Positions 37,735 through 52,034 of a stretch of DNA of 64,000 nucleotides are shown here, one piece after another (within the stretch, counting starts at the first letter, position 1; the number at the start of each line of letters is the position of its first letter). This DNA is from Omnitrophica WOR_2 bacterium RIFCSPHIGHO2_02_FULL_50_17. Its GTDB lineage: Bacteria > Omnitrophota > Gorgyraeia > Zapsychrales > Zapsychraceae. The position numbers and the translations under genes are program-made. The notes under the pieces are model-generated. The model was given only the letters and a program-made list of their open reading frames with translations. It was not told the DNA's origin and ran no database searches. The stretch spans positions 267 through 64,266 of the forward strand of contig MHGQ01000032.1 in assembly GCA_001805645.1 (NCBI GenBank). Direction: 5' to 3'.

Positions 37735-39537
37735 TTACTTATACCCCTCTTTTATATAAATTTCTTCCAGGTTATGAAATATCTCGCCGTAAGGGGCGGG
37801 TTTAAGATTGCCGAATTTGTTGCGCACCGCGTAAATCTTGACCCCCAGGATGGTATAAATAAGCGGCAATTGCTCCGAGACAATAAGCTGATATTCATCA
37901 TATAACTGTTTGCGTTTCTTTTCATCCAATTCCTGCACCCCCTGAATAAAGATCTCGTCGATTCTTTTCTCCCACTCTGTCGCCGGAGATTCCTGCCGGG
38001 GATACCACATGTGAAGCTGGCCCGAAGACATCCAGACGTTCTTGCCGAAATGCGGCTCTATCCCCCCTGTCAGCCCCAAGAGCACCGCCTCCCATTCAAA
38101 GGTCGAGGTAAGCCTGCTCACCAGTGTATTGAATTCCAGGGCGCGAAAGTTCACCTTCATGCCCAATCCTTCAAGATCCTGACGGATGATGGCGGCAATA
38201 TCCATTCGCTCGGTATTGCCGGCGTTTGTATAAAAACTGAATTCGAGGAGGTTGCCTTTCTCATCTTCAAGGAATCCGTCTTTGTCCTTGTCCATGAAAC
38301 CAGTCCCTCTTAAAATCTCGCGGGCCTTCTCAAGGTCATAATCGTAGTGAACGACATGAGGGTTATGGAAAAAACCAGCGGCCGGTCCCATCGGCGAATG
38401 CTGAGGATACCCTAAGTTATTATTCACAATCTCGATAATCTTATCCTTGTCAATGGCATGGGCCACGGCCCGGCGAAATGCCGCATTCCTAAACCAGGCC
38501 AGTTTATGCGGCTCCACAAACGGCTTGCCCGTGTTGGGATTCTTCCCCGGATTTTGATTGAAGAAAATAAACTGGCTTCCCATATCCGGGCCTAAATCAT
38601 AAACCGTGAAATCCCCGTCTTTCTCCAAGGGCTTCAAGAGGGGGTAATCCATGCCCCTGACGCTGTAGCTGTCGAGCGTTCCTTCCATGAATTTAAGCAG
38701 TTCCACATCCGCATTCTGGACAATGAGATAAACGATTTGATCAAGGTAAGGCAGGGAATCCCCCTCTTCGGATTTTTTCCAATAAAACGGATTCCGTTCA
38801 AAAATAAGCCGCTGGCCCGGATCATAGCGCGTCAACCTAAAAGGGCCTGTCCCGACGATTTTCTCAGGGGCAGTATCAATCCCCCAGGTGAAATTAAAAC
38901 GGCCATCCTCCACGGCCTTTTTCAATTTATGTTGGGGGAGGATCGGCTGGCTCATCCCCCTTAAGAAGGGCGCGAATTTCACAGGGAGGGTAAACCGGAC
39001 GGTATGGTCATCCATCTTCTCCACCTTAAAAATCTTGCCGTCTATGGTGAAAATGTCCCTGGCGGAGCTGGGGATATCCGGGTTATAGATAAGATCGTTA
39101 AACGTAAAGACCACATCATCGGCGGTCAATGGCCGGCCGTCATTCCAAACAACGCCTTCCTTAAGATAAAACGTCCAGACAAGGCCGTCAGGACTCACTT
39201 CCCAACGCTCAGCCAAATGAGGTTCAACCTTGGTTGTAAAGGCATTGGTTGTGGTCAATCCTTCGAAGATATGCCCCGTGACGAGGGTCGTGGAGGTCTC
39301 TTTGGCAATAATGTCGTTGAATGATCGCGGGTCGGATGTCGTGGAAAGCACCAGTTGTCCGCCGTATCTCTCTTGACCGGCTTCTGACGGTGCCGTAAGG
39401 AATGGAAATACAACAAGGAGATAAACAGAAAGGGCGATTTTGAGCGAAACGGATTGTCCTCTCAAAGGATTAAGAACCCGGTTTCTGTTCTTCCTCTGTG
39501 ATTGAACCGCCCGGCGCCGGCTGTGCCGGTTCTTCAA
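37735..39537 (-). CDS. oppA: ABC transporter substrate-binding protein, family 5 (OppA/DppA-like)
   Basis: SBP_bac_5 features throughout, with a signal peptide. The likely true start is a TTG near 39462 (LRGQSVSLKIALSVYLLVVFPFLTAPSEA, AxA cleavage site) just after the secG stop. The ORF-track start 39537 would overlap secG by 68 nt. Confidence 0.85.
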   Translation of the reverse strand: MKNRHSRRRAVQSQRKNRNRVLNPLRGQSVSLKIALSVYLLVVFPFLTAPSEAGQERYGGQLVLSTTSDPRSFNDIIAKETSTTLVTGHIFEGLTTTNAFTTKVEPHLAERWEVSPDGLVWTFYLKEGVVWNDGRPLTADDVVFTFNDLIYNPDIPSSARDIFTIDGKIFKVEKMDDHTVRFTLPVKFAPFLRGMSQPILPQHKLKKAVEDGRFNFTWGIDTAPEKIVGTGPFRLTRYDPGQRLIFERNPFYWKKSEEGDSLPYLDQIVYLIVQNADVELLKFMEGTLDSYSVRGMDYPLLKPLEKDGDFTVYDLGPDMGSQFIFFNQNPGKNPNTGKPFVEPHKLAWFRNAAFRRAVAHAIDKDKIIEIVNNNLGYPQHSPMGPAAGFFHNPHVVHYDYDLEKAREILRGTGFMDKDKDGFLEDEKGNLLEFSFYTNAGNTERMDIAAIIRQDLEGLGMKVNFRALEFNTLVSRLTSTFEWEAVLLGLTGGIEPHFGKNVWMSSGQLHMWYPRQESPATEWEKRIDEIFIQGVQELDEKKRKQLYDEYQLIVSEQLPLIYTILGVKIYAVRNKFGNLKPAPYGEIFHNLEEIYIKEGYK

Positions 39538-39937
39538 CAGTTGGGGCCGGCGGCGTTTCCTGGGTCGTTTGCGGTGCTGATACCGCTGACGCGGTACTTT
39601 CTACCGACGGCGTCGGCGGCTGAGTGGTCTGGGGCTGTAATTCTCGTACTGGTTGCTGCCCAGGGACGGATGGAGTTTTTTTCCCTGCCTGGCCGGCCAT
39701 GAGAGACTTGCCCTTCTGGGACGAGAGGACAGCCAGGCTCAAACAGGTAACAAGAAAAAGCGTGGCAAGGACCGTGGTGGTTTCTATCATAAAAACATTG
39801 GTCCGCGCCCCAAAGATGGACTCGGCCGAGGCGAACCCTTCTGTCAGCCCCCCGCCTCTTCCGGACTGCATCAGAATAACCAGCATCAAAAAGATGCAAA
39901 CAACAGCATGGACGAATATCACGAATCCCGTCATCAT
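39470..39937 (-). CDS. secG: Preprotein translocase subunit SecG with a ~80-aa Pro/Thr/Gln-rich C-terminal extension
   Basis: LMLVILMQSGRGGGLTEGF is the SecG LLQxGKGGG signature; two TM helices. Confidence 0.85.
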   Translation of the reverse strand: MMTGFVIFVHAVVCIFLMLVILMQSGRGGGLTEGFASAESIFGARTNVFMIETTTVLATLFLVTCLSLAVLSSQKGKSLMAGQAGKKTPSVPGQQPVRELQPQTTQPPTPSVESTASAVSAPQTTQETPPAPTVEEPAQPAPGGSITEEEQKPGS

Positions 39938-39941
39938 AAGT

Positions 39942-40709
39942 TCACCTCGTCACGGCACAAGAGTTTTTCACGATCTGGATGAAGGCATCCGCCTTAAGGC
40001 TCGCCCCGCCGACAAGGGCGCCGTCAATATCCGGCTGGGCCATAAGATCGGCGATATTATCCGGTTTGACACTGCCGCCGTACTGAATGCGCACGGCCTC
40101 AGATGCCTCTTTGCCGCCCATCTTTGCCAAAAGCCCGCGGATAAACTTGTGAACCTCCTCTGCCTGTTGGGAGGTGGCTGTCTTTCCTGTGCCGATAGCC
40201 CACACCGGCTCATAGGCAATAATATTTTTCTTTAACTCATCGGCATTCAATCCCGCCAGGCATTCTTCACACTGCCTGCGGATGACATCAAAGGTCTTGT
40301 TGGCCTCACGCTCTTCAAGAACCTCCCCGACGCAGACAATCGGCACAAGGCCATGCCTCAACGCCGCCCGTATCTTTTTATTCACCGTCTGGTTGGTCTC
40401 GCCAAAATACTGCCGCCGTTCCGAATGCCCGATAATGACGTATTCAACACCAATTTCTTTCAGAAGCGGCGCGGACACCTCTCCGGTAAATGCCCCTGCG
40501 TCTTCCCAATACACATTCTGAGCGCCTAAAGCAATATTGGACTCCAATAAGACATCATGAACCACCGCAAGAACCGTAAAAACAGGACAAACAACGATGT
40601 CAACTGTATCTACGTCGGATAAATTCGTCTTTAAAGCCGTAACCAGTTCCACCGCTTCCCGCTCCGCGTTGTTCAACTTCCAGTTCCCGGCAATGACAGG
40701 CCTTCTCAT
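39942..40709 (-). CDS. tpiA: Triosephosphate isomerase
   Basis: [13 protein letters not shown]...GHSERR...[11 protein letters not shown] motifs. Confidence 0.95.
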   Translation of the reverse strand: MRRPVIAGNWKLNNAEREAVELVTALKTNLSDVDTVDIVVCPVFTVLAVVHDVLLESNIALGAQNVYWEDAGAFTGEVSAPLLKEIGVEYVIIGHSERRQYFGETNQTVNKKIRAALRHGLVPIVCVGEVLEEREANKTFDVIRRQCEECLAGLNADELKKNIIAYEPVWAIGTGKTATSQQAEEVHKFIRGLLAKMGGKEASEAVRIQYGGSVKPDNIADLMAQPDIDGALVGGASLKADAFIQIVKNSCAVTR

Positions 40710-41905
40710 CGGACTCCCACGCGTTCTTTATTCGTTAATGCGACAATCCCCGGTAATTCCTTCCCCTCCAAGAATTCCAGCGACGCCCCGCCGCCGGTCG
40801 AGATGTGCGTCATGCCTTTCTCCAGTCCAAACTTGCTCACCGCCGCGGCCGAGTCTCCCCCGCCGATGATGCTCGTCACACCCTTTAATCCGGCCAGATA
40901 TTGGGCGATTTCTCTGGTCCCTTCGGCAAAGGCATCGATTTCAAAAACACCCATAGGCCCGTTCCAGACAACCGTCTTGGCCGTTGAGAGAATCTTCTTA
41001 AACTCTTTTCTCGTCTGAGGACCGATATCAACACCTTCCCATCCTTCGGGGATATCCGCGACAATCTTTCTTGCCTGCGGCTTGTCAAAACTTTCGACAA
41101 CCACAAAATCCGTCGTTAATGCTATCTGGACACCTGAAGCCTCCGCCTTCTTTAAAAGGTCTCTGGCTAACTCTAATTTATCATTCTCGCAGATAGATTT
41201 GCCGATGTTTCTTCCTTTTGCCTTAAGAAACGTGTAAGCCATGCCGCCGCCGATAATAATCGCATCCGCCTTGGAGATTAAATTCTCGATTAACAAAATT
41301 TTATCGGAGACCTTGGCGCCTCCCAAAATAACGACAAACGGCTTAACAGGATTGTCCACAGCCTTGCCAAGATAGGCAATCTCTTTCTCCAGAAGAAATC
41401 CTGCTACGGATAGCAGGTATTTGGTAATGCCTTCGGTGGAGGCATGCGCCCGGTGGGCGGTGCCGAAGGCGTCGTTGATGTAAATATCCGCCAGGGAAGC
41501 CAGCTTCTTGGCGAATTCATGATCATTTTTGGTCTCGGCCTTATAAAACCGCAGATTCTCCAGCAAGATAACCCGCTCGGCGCTCGTCTCGATGGCCTTC
41601 TTGACCGCGTCGCCGATACAGTCATCCAGCCGCAGCACCTTTTCCCCCAACAGTTCCTGCAACTTTTTAGCAACAGGCGTAAGCCTCATAGAATCAATGA
41701 CTTGTCCCTCCGGACGGCCCAGATGGCTCATCAAAATGACTTTTTTGGCTTTTTGATCAAGGATGTATTTGATGGTGGGCAAGGCTTCGCGGATACGGCG
41801 GTCATCGGTGATATTGAGCCGATCATCCAAGGGGACATTAAAATCCGCCCGCATAATAACTTTTTTGTTTTTCAGATCAATATCTTTAACGGTCAGCTTG
41901 TTCAT
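40706..41905 (-). CDS. pgk: Phosphoglycerate kinase
   Basis: [28 protein letters not shown]...HLGRP...; ATG at 41905 preceded by GGGAGA. The ORF-track start 41938 is over-extended. Confidence 0.95.
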   Translation of the reverse strand: MNKLTVKDIDLKNKKVIMRADFNVPLDDRLNITDDRRIREALPTIKYILDQKAKKVILMSHLGRPEGQVIDSMRLTPVAKKLQELLGEKVLRLDDCIGDAVKKAIETSAERVILLENLRFYKAETKNDHEFAKKLASLADIYINDAFGTAHRAHASTEGITKYLLSVAGFLLEKEIAYLGKAVDNPVKPFVVILGGAKVSDKILLIENLISKADAIIIGGGMAYTFLKAKGRNIGKSICENDKLELARDLLKKAEASGVQIALTTDFVVVESFDKPQARKIVADIPEGWEGVDIGPQTRKEFKKILSTAKTVVWNGPMGVFEIDAFAEGTREIAQYLAGLKGVTSIIGGGDSAAAVSKFGLEKGMTHISTGGGASLEFLEGKELPGIVALTNKERVGVR

Positions 41906-41953
41906 CGGTCTCCCGATTCTTTTAACTGTTATGCGCAACTAAAAATTTTTTAT

Positions 41954-41981
41954 ATTATAACTGAGCCTGCCGATTTGTCAA
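41954..41981 (-). promoter_or_regulatory. Near-consensus sigma70 promoter for pgk-tpiA-secG(-opp...) (TTGACA-16-TATAAT on the minus strand)
   Basis: Minus strand reads TTGACA aatcggcaggctcagt TATAAT, ~40 nt upstream of the pgk ATG. Confidence 0.5.
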
Positions 41982-42002
41982 TTTAATCATCCCCAAATAA
42001 AA

Positions 42003-43709
42003 TCAACTCCCGGATTTACGCTGATATATCAATAAAGTCGGAGTTGAATTAACCTGGACATAGTAATCGTTAATATATTGCATAATTTCATCATAATATC
42101 GCTTATTTGCTTCAATCTTAAAATAGGCTCGGGGGAAAGACGGCCCGGGGTCTTTTGATAAAACAGCATACATTGGCTTCGTAGCTTTAAGATCGCCCAA
42201 GAATTCGTCATGCCAGCCCCCTATCCACGAAAAAGTAGCCATGGGAAACCGTCCCACAAACGGGCGATCAACAAGGAAGCTGTAGAATCCCAATTCCGGG
42301 AACATGAAGATAGGTTCACCCTGTTTTATATTTTTGTCAACGAACTCCGTCAGCTGTCTAAATTCTTGGGCCTGCCAAGAAGGCACCACCATACCCTTAA
42401 CTCGCTTTAAACGCATTTGTTCCGCATTTCCATCGGATAAAGGGACTAGCTCTTTTCTGTCCTTACCAAGCAGAGCATATTTGATATATTGAAAACTAAA
42501 GAAACGCCGATCGTATCTCATAAGCGAATATCCTAATGAGGACATAATAAAACCTAAAATCAAAAAATTGATGGCAAAAATCTTCAACTGATTGAACTCC
42601 CTTGCAGTGTTCAGCATTTTCCTCTGGAGTAATTTTCTTATCTTTTCTTTTTTATTCCGCAGTAGAAGATAGGCTTCTTCCAGCATGAAAAATAAAATAA
42701 TTTTCTCGGGTTGGAGCGCCATCTCGAATTGGGCGGCTCCAATTTTTCGAAAGGCCATAATATACATAATCAAACCATAAAAAACGACCACGCTTATGGG
42801 CAGGCATTCCTCGTTTAACGTCTTACGTTTAATCTTGTATACAATATAAGCCATAAAAAAAAGATAGCAATAGGCTGGTGTCAAATGCTGGAAATGACGA
42901 TTCAAAGGACTCATGGCCAAGATGGCCTCTAAGAAATTTTTAGGATGGTCTTCAAAAAGATAGTCTGGAAATACCTTGGTCATGTTGGTCACGACCGCAT
43001 ACGTCATGTCCCAATACGCAAGCAAAGATTGTGTTGTCAAAAGATAGATGCTATAGGGTAATAAAACAAGCGCCAGCCCTAGAATATAGGTGCGGATAAA
43101 TTTCCATGTAACCCTTTTATCATGAAAATGAGCGTATTGCGCAAAAACACAGGTAGCCAATATGCTGAAAATGGCGCAAACTCCGATTTCCACACTTGTC
43201 AACAAAGCTAAGCCGGAAATAATGCCGGAAGCAACCAGCCAAAAGGACTTTTTCCGCCTAAAAAACCCTATGGCCAATAGTAACGCTAATAAACCTAACC
43301 CATAACGCAGGCCGCCCCAATTCATAAAAACCACCCGCGGAAATGTCCTCCCAACGAAAACAGGAACCATCAAATAAAGAACAAGGCGCGTTCGATAGAG
43401 ATCTTTGGCAATCCATATCCCAATCAACAGCGTCACCACAGTACCGACATAAAAATAGGCGGCCAGCACAGCCGCATTTTCTCCGAAAATATGCATAAAG
43501 AAGGCCGGGACATACAATTCTAAAGGACCGCGCAGATGAAAGAAATCTCTATAAGGAATTTGCCCATCCAGAAGGGCGCTGATATTCGGCAGGTAGATTC
43601 CCAATTCAAAATAATTCAACCCTCCATATAGAAAATATGGCTGAAGCGTAATGAAGATAGCAAACGCGGCAAGGAAAAATAAGTCGATGCCTCTCGGTTT
43701 TCTATGCAT
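42003..43709 (-). CDS. Large polytopic membrane protein with C-terminal soluble domain (uncharacterised family); paralog B
   Basis: ~12 TM N-terminal region with conserved GIYLPNISALLDGQIPYRDFFHLRGPLELYVPAFFMHIFGEN; C-terminal PFVGRFPMATFSWIGGWHDEFLGDL. Paralogous to 44204-45904. Confidence 0.72.
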   Translation of the reverse strand: MHRKPRGIDLFFLAAFAIFITLQPYFLYGGLNYFELGIYLPNISALLDGQIPYRDFFHLRGPLELYVPAFFMHIFGENAAVLAAYFYVGTVVTLLIGIWIAKDLYRTRLVLYLMVPVFVGRTFPRVVFMNWGGLRYGLGLLALLLAIGFFRRKKSFWLVASGIISGLALLTSVEIGVCAIFSILATCVFAQYAHFHDKRVTWKFIRTYILGLALVLLPYSIYLLTTQSLLAYWDMTYAVVTNMTKVFPDYLFEDHPKNFLEAILAMSPLNRHFQHLTPAYCYLFFMAYIVYKIKRKTLNEECLPISVVVFYGLIMYIMAFRKIGAAQFEMALQPEKIILFFMLEEAYLLLRNKKEKIRKLLQRKMLNTAREFNQLKIFAINFLILGFIMSSLGYSLMRYDRRFFSFQYIKYALLGKDRKELVPLSDGNAEQMRLKRVKGMVVPSWQAQEFRQLTEFVDKNIKQGEPIFMFPELGFYSFLVDRPFVGRFPMATFSWIGGWHDEFLGDLKATKPMYAVLSKDPGPSFPRAYFKIEANKRYYDEIMQYINDYYVQVNSTPTLLIYQRKSGS

Positions 43710-44207
43710 TCTTTCTCAGCAATATCTTCAAATTTTCTGCAGGGAACATATAGGCCCAAAAGCGCTCGTACGTGCGCGGCCATTTATTGGCTAGAAATTT
43801 AATCCCAAACATCCTGTACGTTTTGTAAAACGTAATCTCATATTTAATGATTTCGAGCGGTATCGGCCGAATGAGATTAAGTAACATAAAGTAGGAATAA
43901 AATAATTTGTGTTGCGGTTCCGAATAGGCCACATAGCTTGTGAAATGAGGTGTTTCGATAAATATAGTTCCCCCCGATTTAAGAATCCGATAAAGCTCCT
44001 CAATAAATGCCTGGGGATGGTCAAGGTGTTCAATGATATGTTTCCAACAATTTCATCGATGCTGTTATCCTCGATAGGATAAGGAAATTTATTCAGATCA
44101 TGCACGATGTCCGGATTGGCATCTTTGTTGATATCTAAATATATCGAGTCAGGGGTTTTATTATTCCCACAACCAATATCCAGTCGCCCGAAAGAGTCAC
44201 TGCTCAT
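43702..44207 (-). pseudogene. Class I SAM-dependent methyltransferase (Methyltransf_11-like), interrupted by a single-nucleotide frameshift near 44040-44055
   Basis: Frame 1 from the ATG at 44207 gives MSSDSFGRLDIGCGNNKTPDSIYLDINKDANPDIVHDLNKFPYPIEDNSIDEIV (motif I DIGCG; acidic motif II). After minus-strand GAAATTGTTGGAAAC, the conserved continuation KHIIEHLDHPQAFIEELYRILKSGGTIFIETPHF...KILLRKNA* is read in the -1 frame (listed as ORF 43702-43932). Frame 1 instead continues as non-conserved VGNISLNTLTIPRHLLRSF... Confidence 0.7.
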
Positions 44208-45904
44208 TTTAGATTCCTTAACTTTAATATGTTTAGTGTGGGGGTTGAGGTGACAAGCTCGTAATGTCGTTCAATGTAACGCATCACTTCATCATATTTT
44301 TGCTTGTTAGCGTCAACTATGAAATGGGTTCGTTCAAAATATCCAGGCAATGCTTTGGGTATGACGGCAAATTTGGGTTGGAGTCTCGCCAAATCTCTGA
44401 GATATTCTTTATGGCTGCGCTCATTAAACCAAGCGAATGTTCCCATGGGGAATCGGCCCACAAAAGGCCTGTCGATAATAAAACTGTAGGCAGCCCCTTC
44501 CGGATAAATGAAAACAGGCTCCCGCGGTGAGGTTCTCTCATGTATAAATTGTGTCAACTCAACAAAATCCCGTGCCTGCCAGGAAGGCACCGTCAACCCC
44601 TTTGCCCTATCGATCATAAGCTTTGACGTTTCGGTATCATGTAAAGGCTTTAGAGAGTCCGTCTCTTTGCCTAAGATTGTATTACGGACAAATTGGAACG
44701 CGAAAAACCTTTTGTTATATCTCTGGATCGGATAGCCGATCGAAGACACTATCACTCCCACTATGAATACATTGACGAGATAAACTTTCGCATGTTTTCT
44801 AAACATGGGGCGTTTTTGTTCTTTTATTTCCTGAAGCATGCACTCTTTCCGAATGCGAAAGTAGAAAAATATCCTCTCAAGCAAAAAGAACAATAAAAGT
44901 TTGTCCGGCTGCAAAACCATTTCAAAATTCGATGACCAAATATTACGGAATGAGCCGATAAAAAATATGAGCCCGTACAGCGCGAGACAAACGACAGGGC
45001 CGTCGGAAAGGCGGAATGCCTTCGATTTAATTCTTCTCGCGAAATATATGGTCAAAAAAATATATAAATAAGCCGGGGTCAAATGCCTGAAATTTTTACT
45101 GCCAGGATTGAGCATCGCCCCAACGGCTTCCACTGGATTTTGGGGGACAGCTTCGACTTGGGGAAAAGTATTCTCCATATTCTGGATAACGGTATGTGTC
45201 GCCTCACAAAAAGGGAGAAAGGCGCTGTTGACCTCCAAATAGATAGTGTAGGGCAACCCAATCACCAGAAACCCTCCAGCAAACAAAGCCAATAATTTGA
45301 TAAAATCTTTTTTGTCCAAAACACGCGTTAGGGCGCACAAAACCAAAGTCATGGTGATGGCGATACACGTGTAGACGCCCATTTCTATACTCGTCCAAAA
45401 ACTGCATGCGCCAATAATCCCTGACATCAACATCCACCGTGATTTTCGGCTGTTAAAATATTGTACCCCGCAGGCAATAGCCATCAGCCCCAGGGCAAAC
45501 CGCATCCCTCCCCAGTACGTAAAAACAACCCGCGGAAAAGTCTTCGCCACAAGGACGGGAATGGCTAAATAATAAAACAATCGCGTCGTAAAAATCTGTT
45601 TGCCAAGGGCAACACACACAAGAAGAGTCATAACGGTGCCGATATAAAAGTAGGTAAACAGAACGGCGATGTTTTCCCCGAAAAGGCGCATTAAAAACGC
45701 CGGCATATATAACTCAAATGGCCCGCGCAGATGAAAGAAATCCCGGTAAGGCACTGCCCCATCCAGCAAGGCCTGAATGCCAGACAAATAAATCCCTAAT
45801 TCAAAAAAATTAAGCTCGCCGTGCAGATAAAAAGGATGGAAAGTAATTAAAACAACAAAAAGAAAGGGGACAAAAAGATCCAACACAAAATTTTTTTTCT
45901 TCAT
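44204..45904 (-). CDS. Large polytopic membrane protein with C-terminal soluble domain; paralog A
   Basis: Shares GIYLSGIQALLDGAVPYRDFFHLRGPFELYMPAFLMRLFGEN and PFVGRFPMGTFAWF with 42003-43709. ATGA overlap with the methyltransferase start. Confidence 0.72.
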   Translation of the reverse strand: MKKKNFVLDLFVPFLFVVLITFHPFYLHGELNFFELGIYLSGIQALLDGAVPYRDFFHLRGPFELYMPAFLMRLFGENIAVLFTYFYIGTVMTLLVCVALGKQIFTTRLFYYLAIPVLVAKTFPRVVFTYWGGMRFALGLMAIACGVQYFNSRKSRWMLMSGIIGACSFWTSIEMGVYTCIAITMTLVLCALTRVLDKKDFIKLLALFAGGFLVIGLPYTIYLEVNSAFLPFCEATHTVIQNMENTFPQVEAVPQNPVEAVGAMLNPGSKNFRHLTPAYLYIFLTIYFARRIKSKAFRLSDGPVVCLALYGLIFFIGSFRNIWSSNFEMVLQPDKLLLFFLLERIFFYFRIRKECMLQEIKEQKRPMFRKHAKVYLVNVFIVGVIVSSIGYPIQRYNKRFFAFQFVRNTILGKETDSLKPLHDTETSKLMIDRAKGLTVPSWQARDFVELTQFIHERTSPREPVFIYPEGAAYSFIIDRPFVGRFPMGTFAWFNERSHKEYLRDLARLQPKFAVIPKALPGYFERTHFIVDANKQKYDEVMRYIERHYELVTSTPTLNILKLRNLK

Positions 45905-46564
45905 TGAGACTCAGGGATTGTAGAGCGCTGATCTGTTTTTATAAAATACTCCAGATGATTTGCTCTGTCGTTCTCCCGGAAGAAACGCAACGCCTCAACT
46001 TGCTCCAGCGCCAATCTGTCATTTTCCAGAAGATGATAGATCATTCCAAGCCTTAGATGCGCGTCAAAATATTTTTCTTCAATGGAAATCGTGCGCATAT
46101 AATGCCATTGGGCCTTTATCCATTCTCTTTTTTGTTCATAAACTCGCCCCATATAATAATGGAGATCGGCAAAATTATTGTTAAAACGATATGCCTGTTT
46201 AAAAAATCTCGTGGCATATTCCGGCTGCCCTTGTTGAAAACAATCAAGACCAAGTTCAAAATACGCCTTAAAATGGGATTGATCAAGGGCGGCGGCTTTT
46301 TTGTAGGATTGTAAGGCCTGTTGATAATTCCCTATTTTACGATACAAAACACCTAGTTGATAATGCGCATCGGCGCAATTGGGGTCGTGGTAAATAGCCT
46401 TGCGATAATAACTTAGCTGCTGACGCAAGCTGCACTTGTCACCACATTCCTGCGCCCGTTTATAAAACAGAACCCCATAACAGTGATTCATTCTGGTTCG
46501 TTCTTGGAAATAAAGGACACCCAGAAGAATGAGAATTATCGCAATGCCAATGAATCCGATAATA

Positions 46565-46593
<29 letters not shown>
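45901..46593 (-). CDS. Membrane-anchored TPR-repeat protein
   Basis: N-terminal TM IIGFIGIAIILILLGVLYF followed by 4-5 TPR units (AHYQLGVLYRKIGNYQQALQSYKKAAALD...). Confidence 0.75.
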
Positions 46594-50761
<4,168 letters not shown>

Positions 50762-50786
<25 letters not shown>

Positions 50787-52024
50787 TTTATCTCTCCTAG
50801 CATAACAATTAAAATCCCTACAAAAAACCATAAATACACGGAAAGCTGCAGCGAATAGAAATTATTATCAAAAAAACTGTGGATCAAAAAGGCAAATATT
50901 CCAGACAATAGCCCTAATGATAATACCACAAGACTATCATTCCCCTCCCAACAAAAAATCAAATAATTTAAAGACTTTCGAAATATTTCAAAGACAATCC
51001 ATAGAAAACTAACGAGCCCGGCGATTCCCGTTTCCGCAGCCAATTGAATATAACAATTATGGGCATAAGTAGGGCCGCTACCTATATCTCGTCGATATAC
51101 CTCAAAAAGCTGCATAAAAGTGTTAATCCCGTGCCCCAGGATCGGTCTATCCTCAAGCATGATCAAAGCATCCCTCCAGATATTCAGCCTCCAAGATGCC
51201 GTCGCATGTCTAGCCATTGATTCGAAATCGAAACTGCCCGTTAAAACAAACCGCAAATAAACACTCAAGAAAACCGTTATAATGAAGAATCCCAGAACAA
51301 GATAAAAACCCGATAATTGTTTGTGAAATAAAAAAAAGAGAAAAAAAAGTATAGCCCCCAGAAAAGCTGCCAACCAAGCTCCGCGGGAAAACGTCACAAC
51401 CAACGACCAGATGGCGAAGAAGAATATCGTCGCGCTAAGCAAACGATACCGGAAGATCTCTTTTCTAAAAAAAATCAATGACAGTATCAAAGGGATAGCT
51501 AATGTTAGATACGCGCCCAAACCATTAGCCGTCTTGAATCCTGCGGTCGCCCGTGTCGACGGCTCGATGACATGTCCTAAAAAAATATCCCTATAAGTGA
51601 CGTAATATTGAATAAGACTGTCAATGACCGTTGCGGATAGAGTAAACAGCCATATACCTAAAATAATATAAACATGTTTTCTTTTCACGATGGATTCAAC
51701 AACAAGGAAATAAATGACAAACCATTCCAACGTTTTTGTCAAGAAATTGGATAGAGACTGCAACGGAAAAACACTATTGGTTGCCGAGAAGAAACAGACT
51801 ACTAAGAAAAACAAGATTGGTCGGTCAAGGGGGGTGATCGCTGGACGCAAACGGGTTAGAAAAATCCCGTGACGAAAAAAAACTCTTTTAAAAATCCATA
51901 ACGTAAAACAAATAATTACAGAGCTTTCAACAACAGCAGAACCATACGGCAACCAAAAGATAATCAAGTATAAAAACAATCGAAGAAGCGAATTAATCGT
52001 CTCTTCGGTGATGGAATAAGGCAT
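50762..52024 (-). CDS. O-antigen ligase/polymerase-like (Wzy_C) membrane protein
   Basis: ~11 TM helices; [21 protein letters not shown] and [24 protein letters not shown] motifs. The track start at 52063 is a TTG; the internal ATG (MPYSIT, ~52024) avoids overlapping the upstream gene. That aa-offset arithmetic lands 1 nt off a clean complement-ATG, so this start is uncertain by ~1 nt. Confidence 0.7.
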
Positions 52025-52034
52025 GCGAAATGGG

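Noticed and set aside
43702-43932. Stand-alone 76-aa ORF
   Set aside because: It is not an independent gene. It is the C-terminal two-thirds of the frameshifted methyltransferase (43702-44207) read in the -1 frame.
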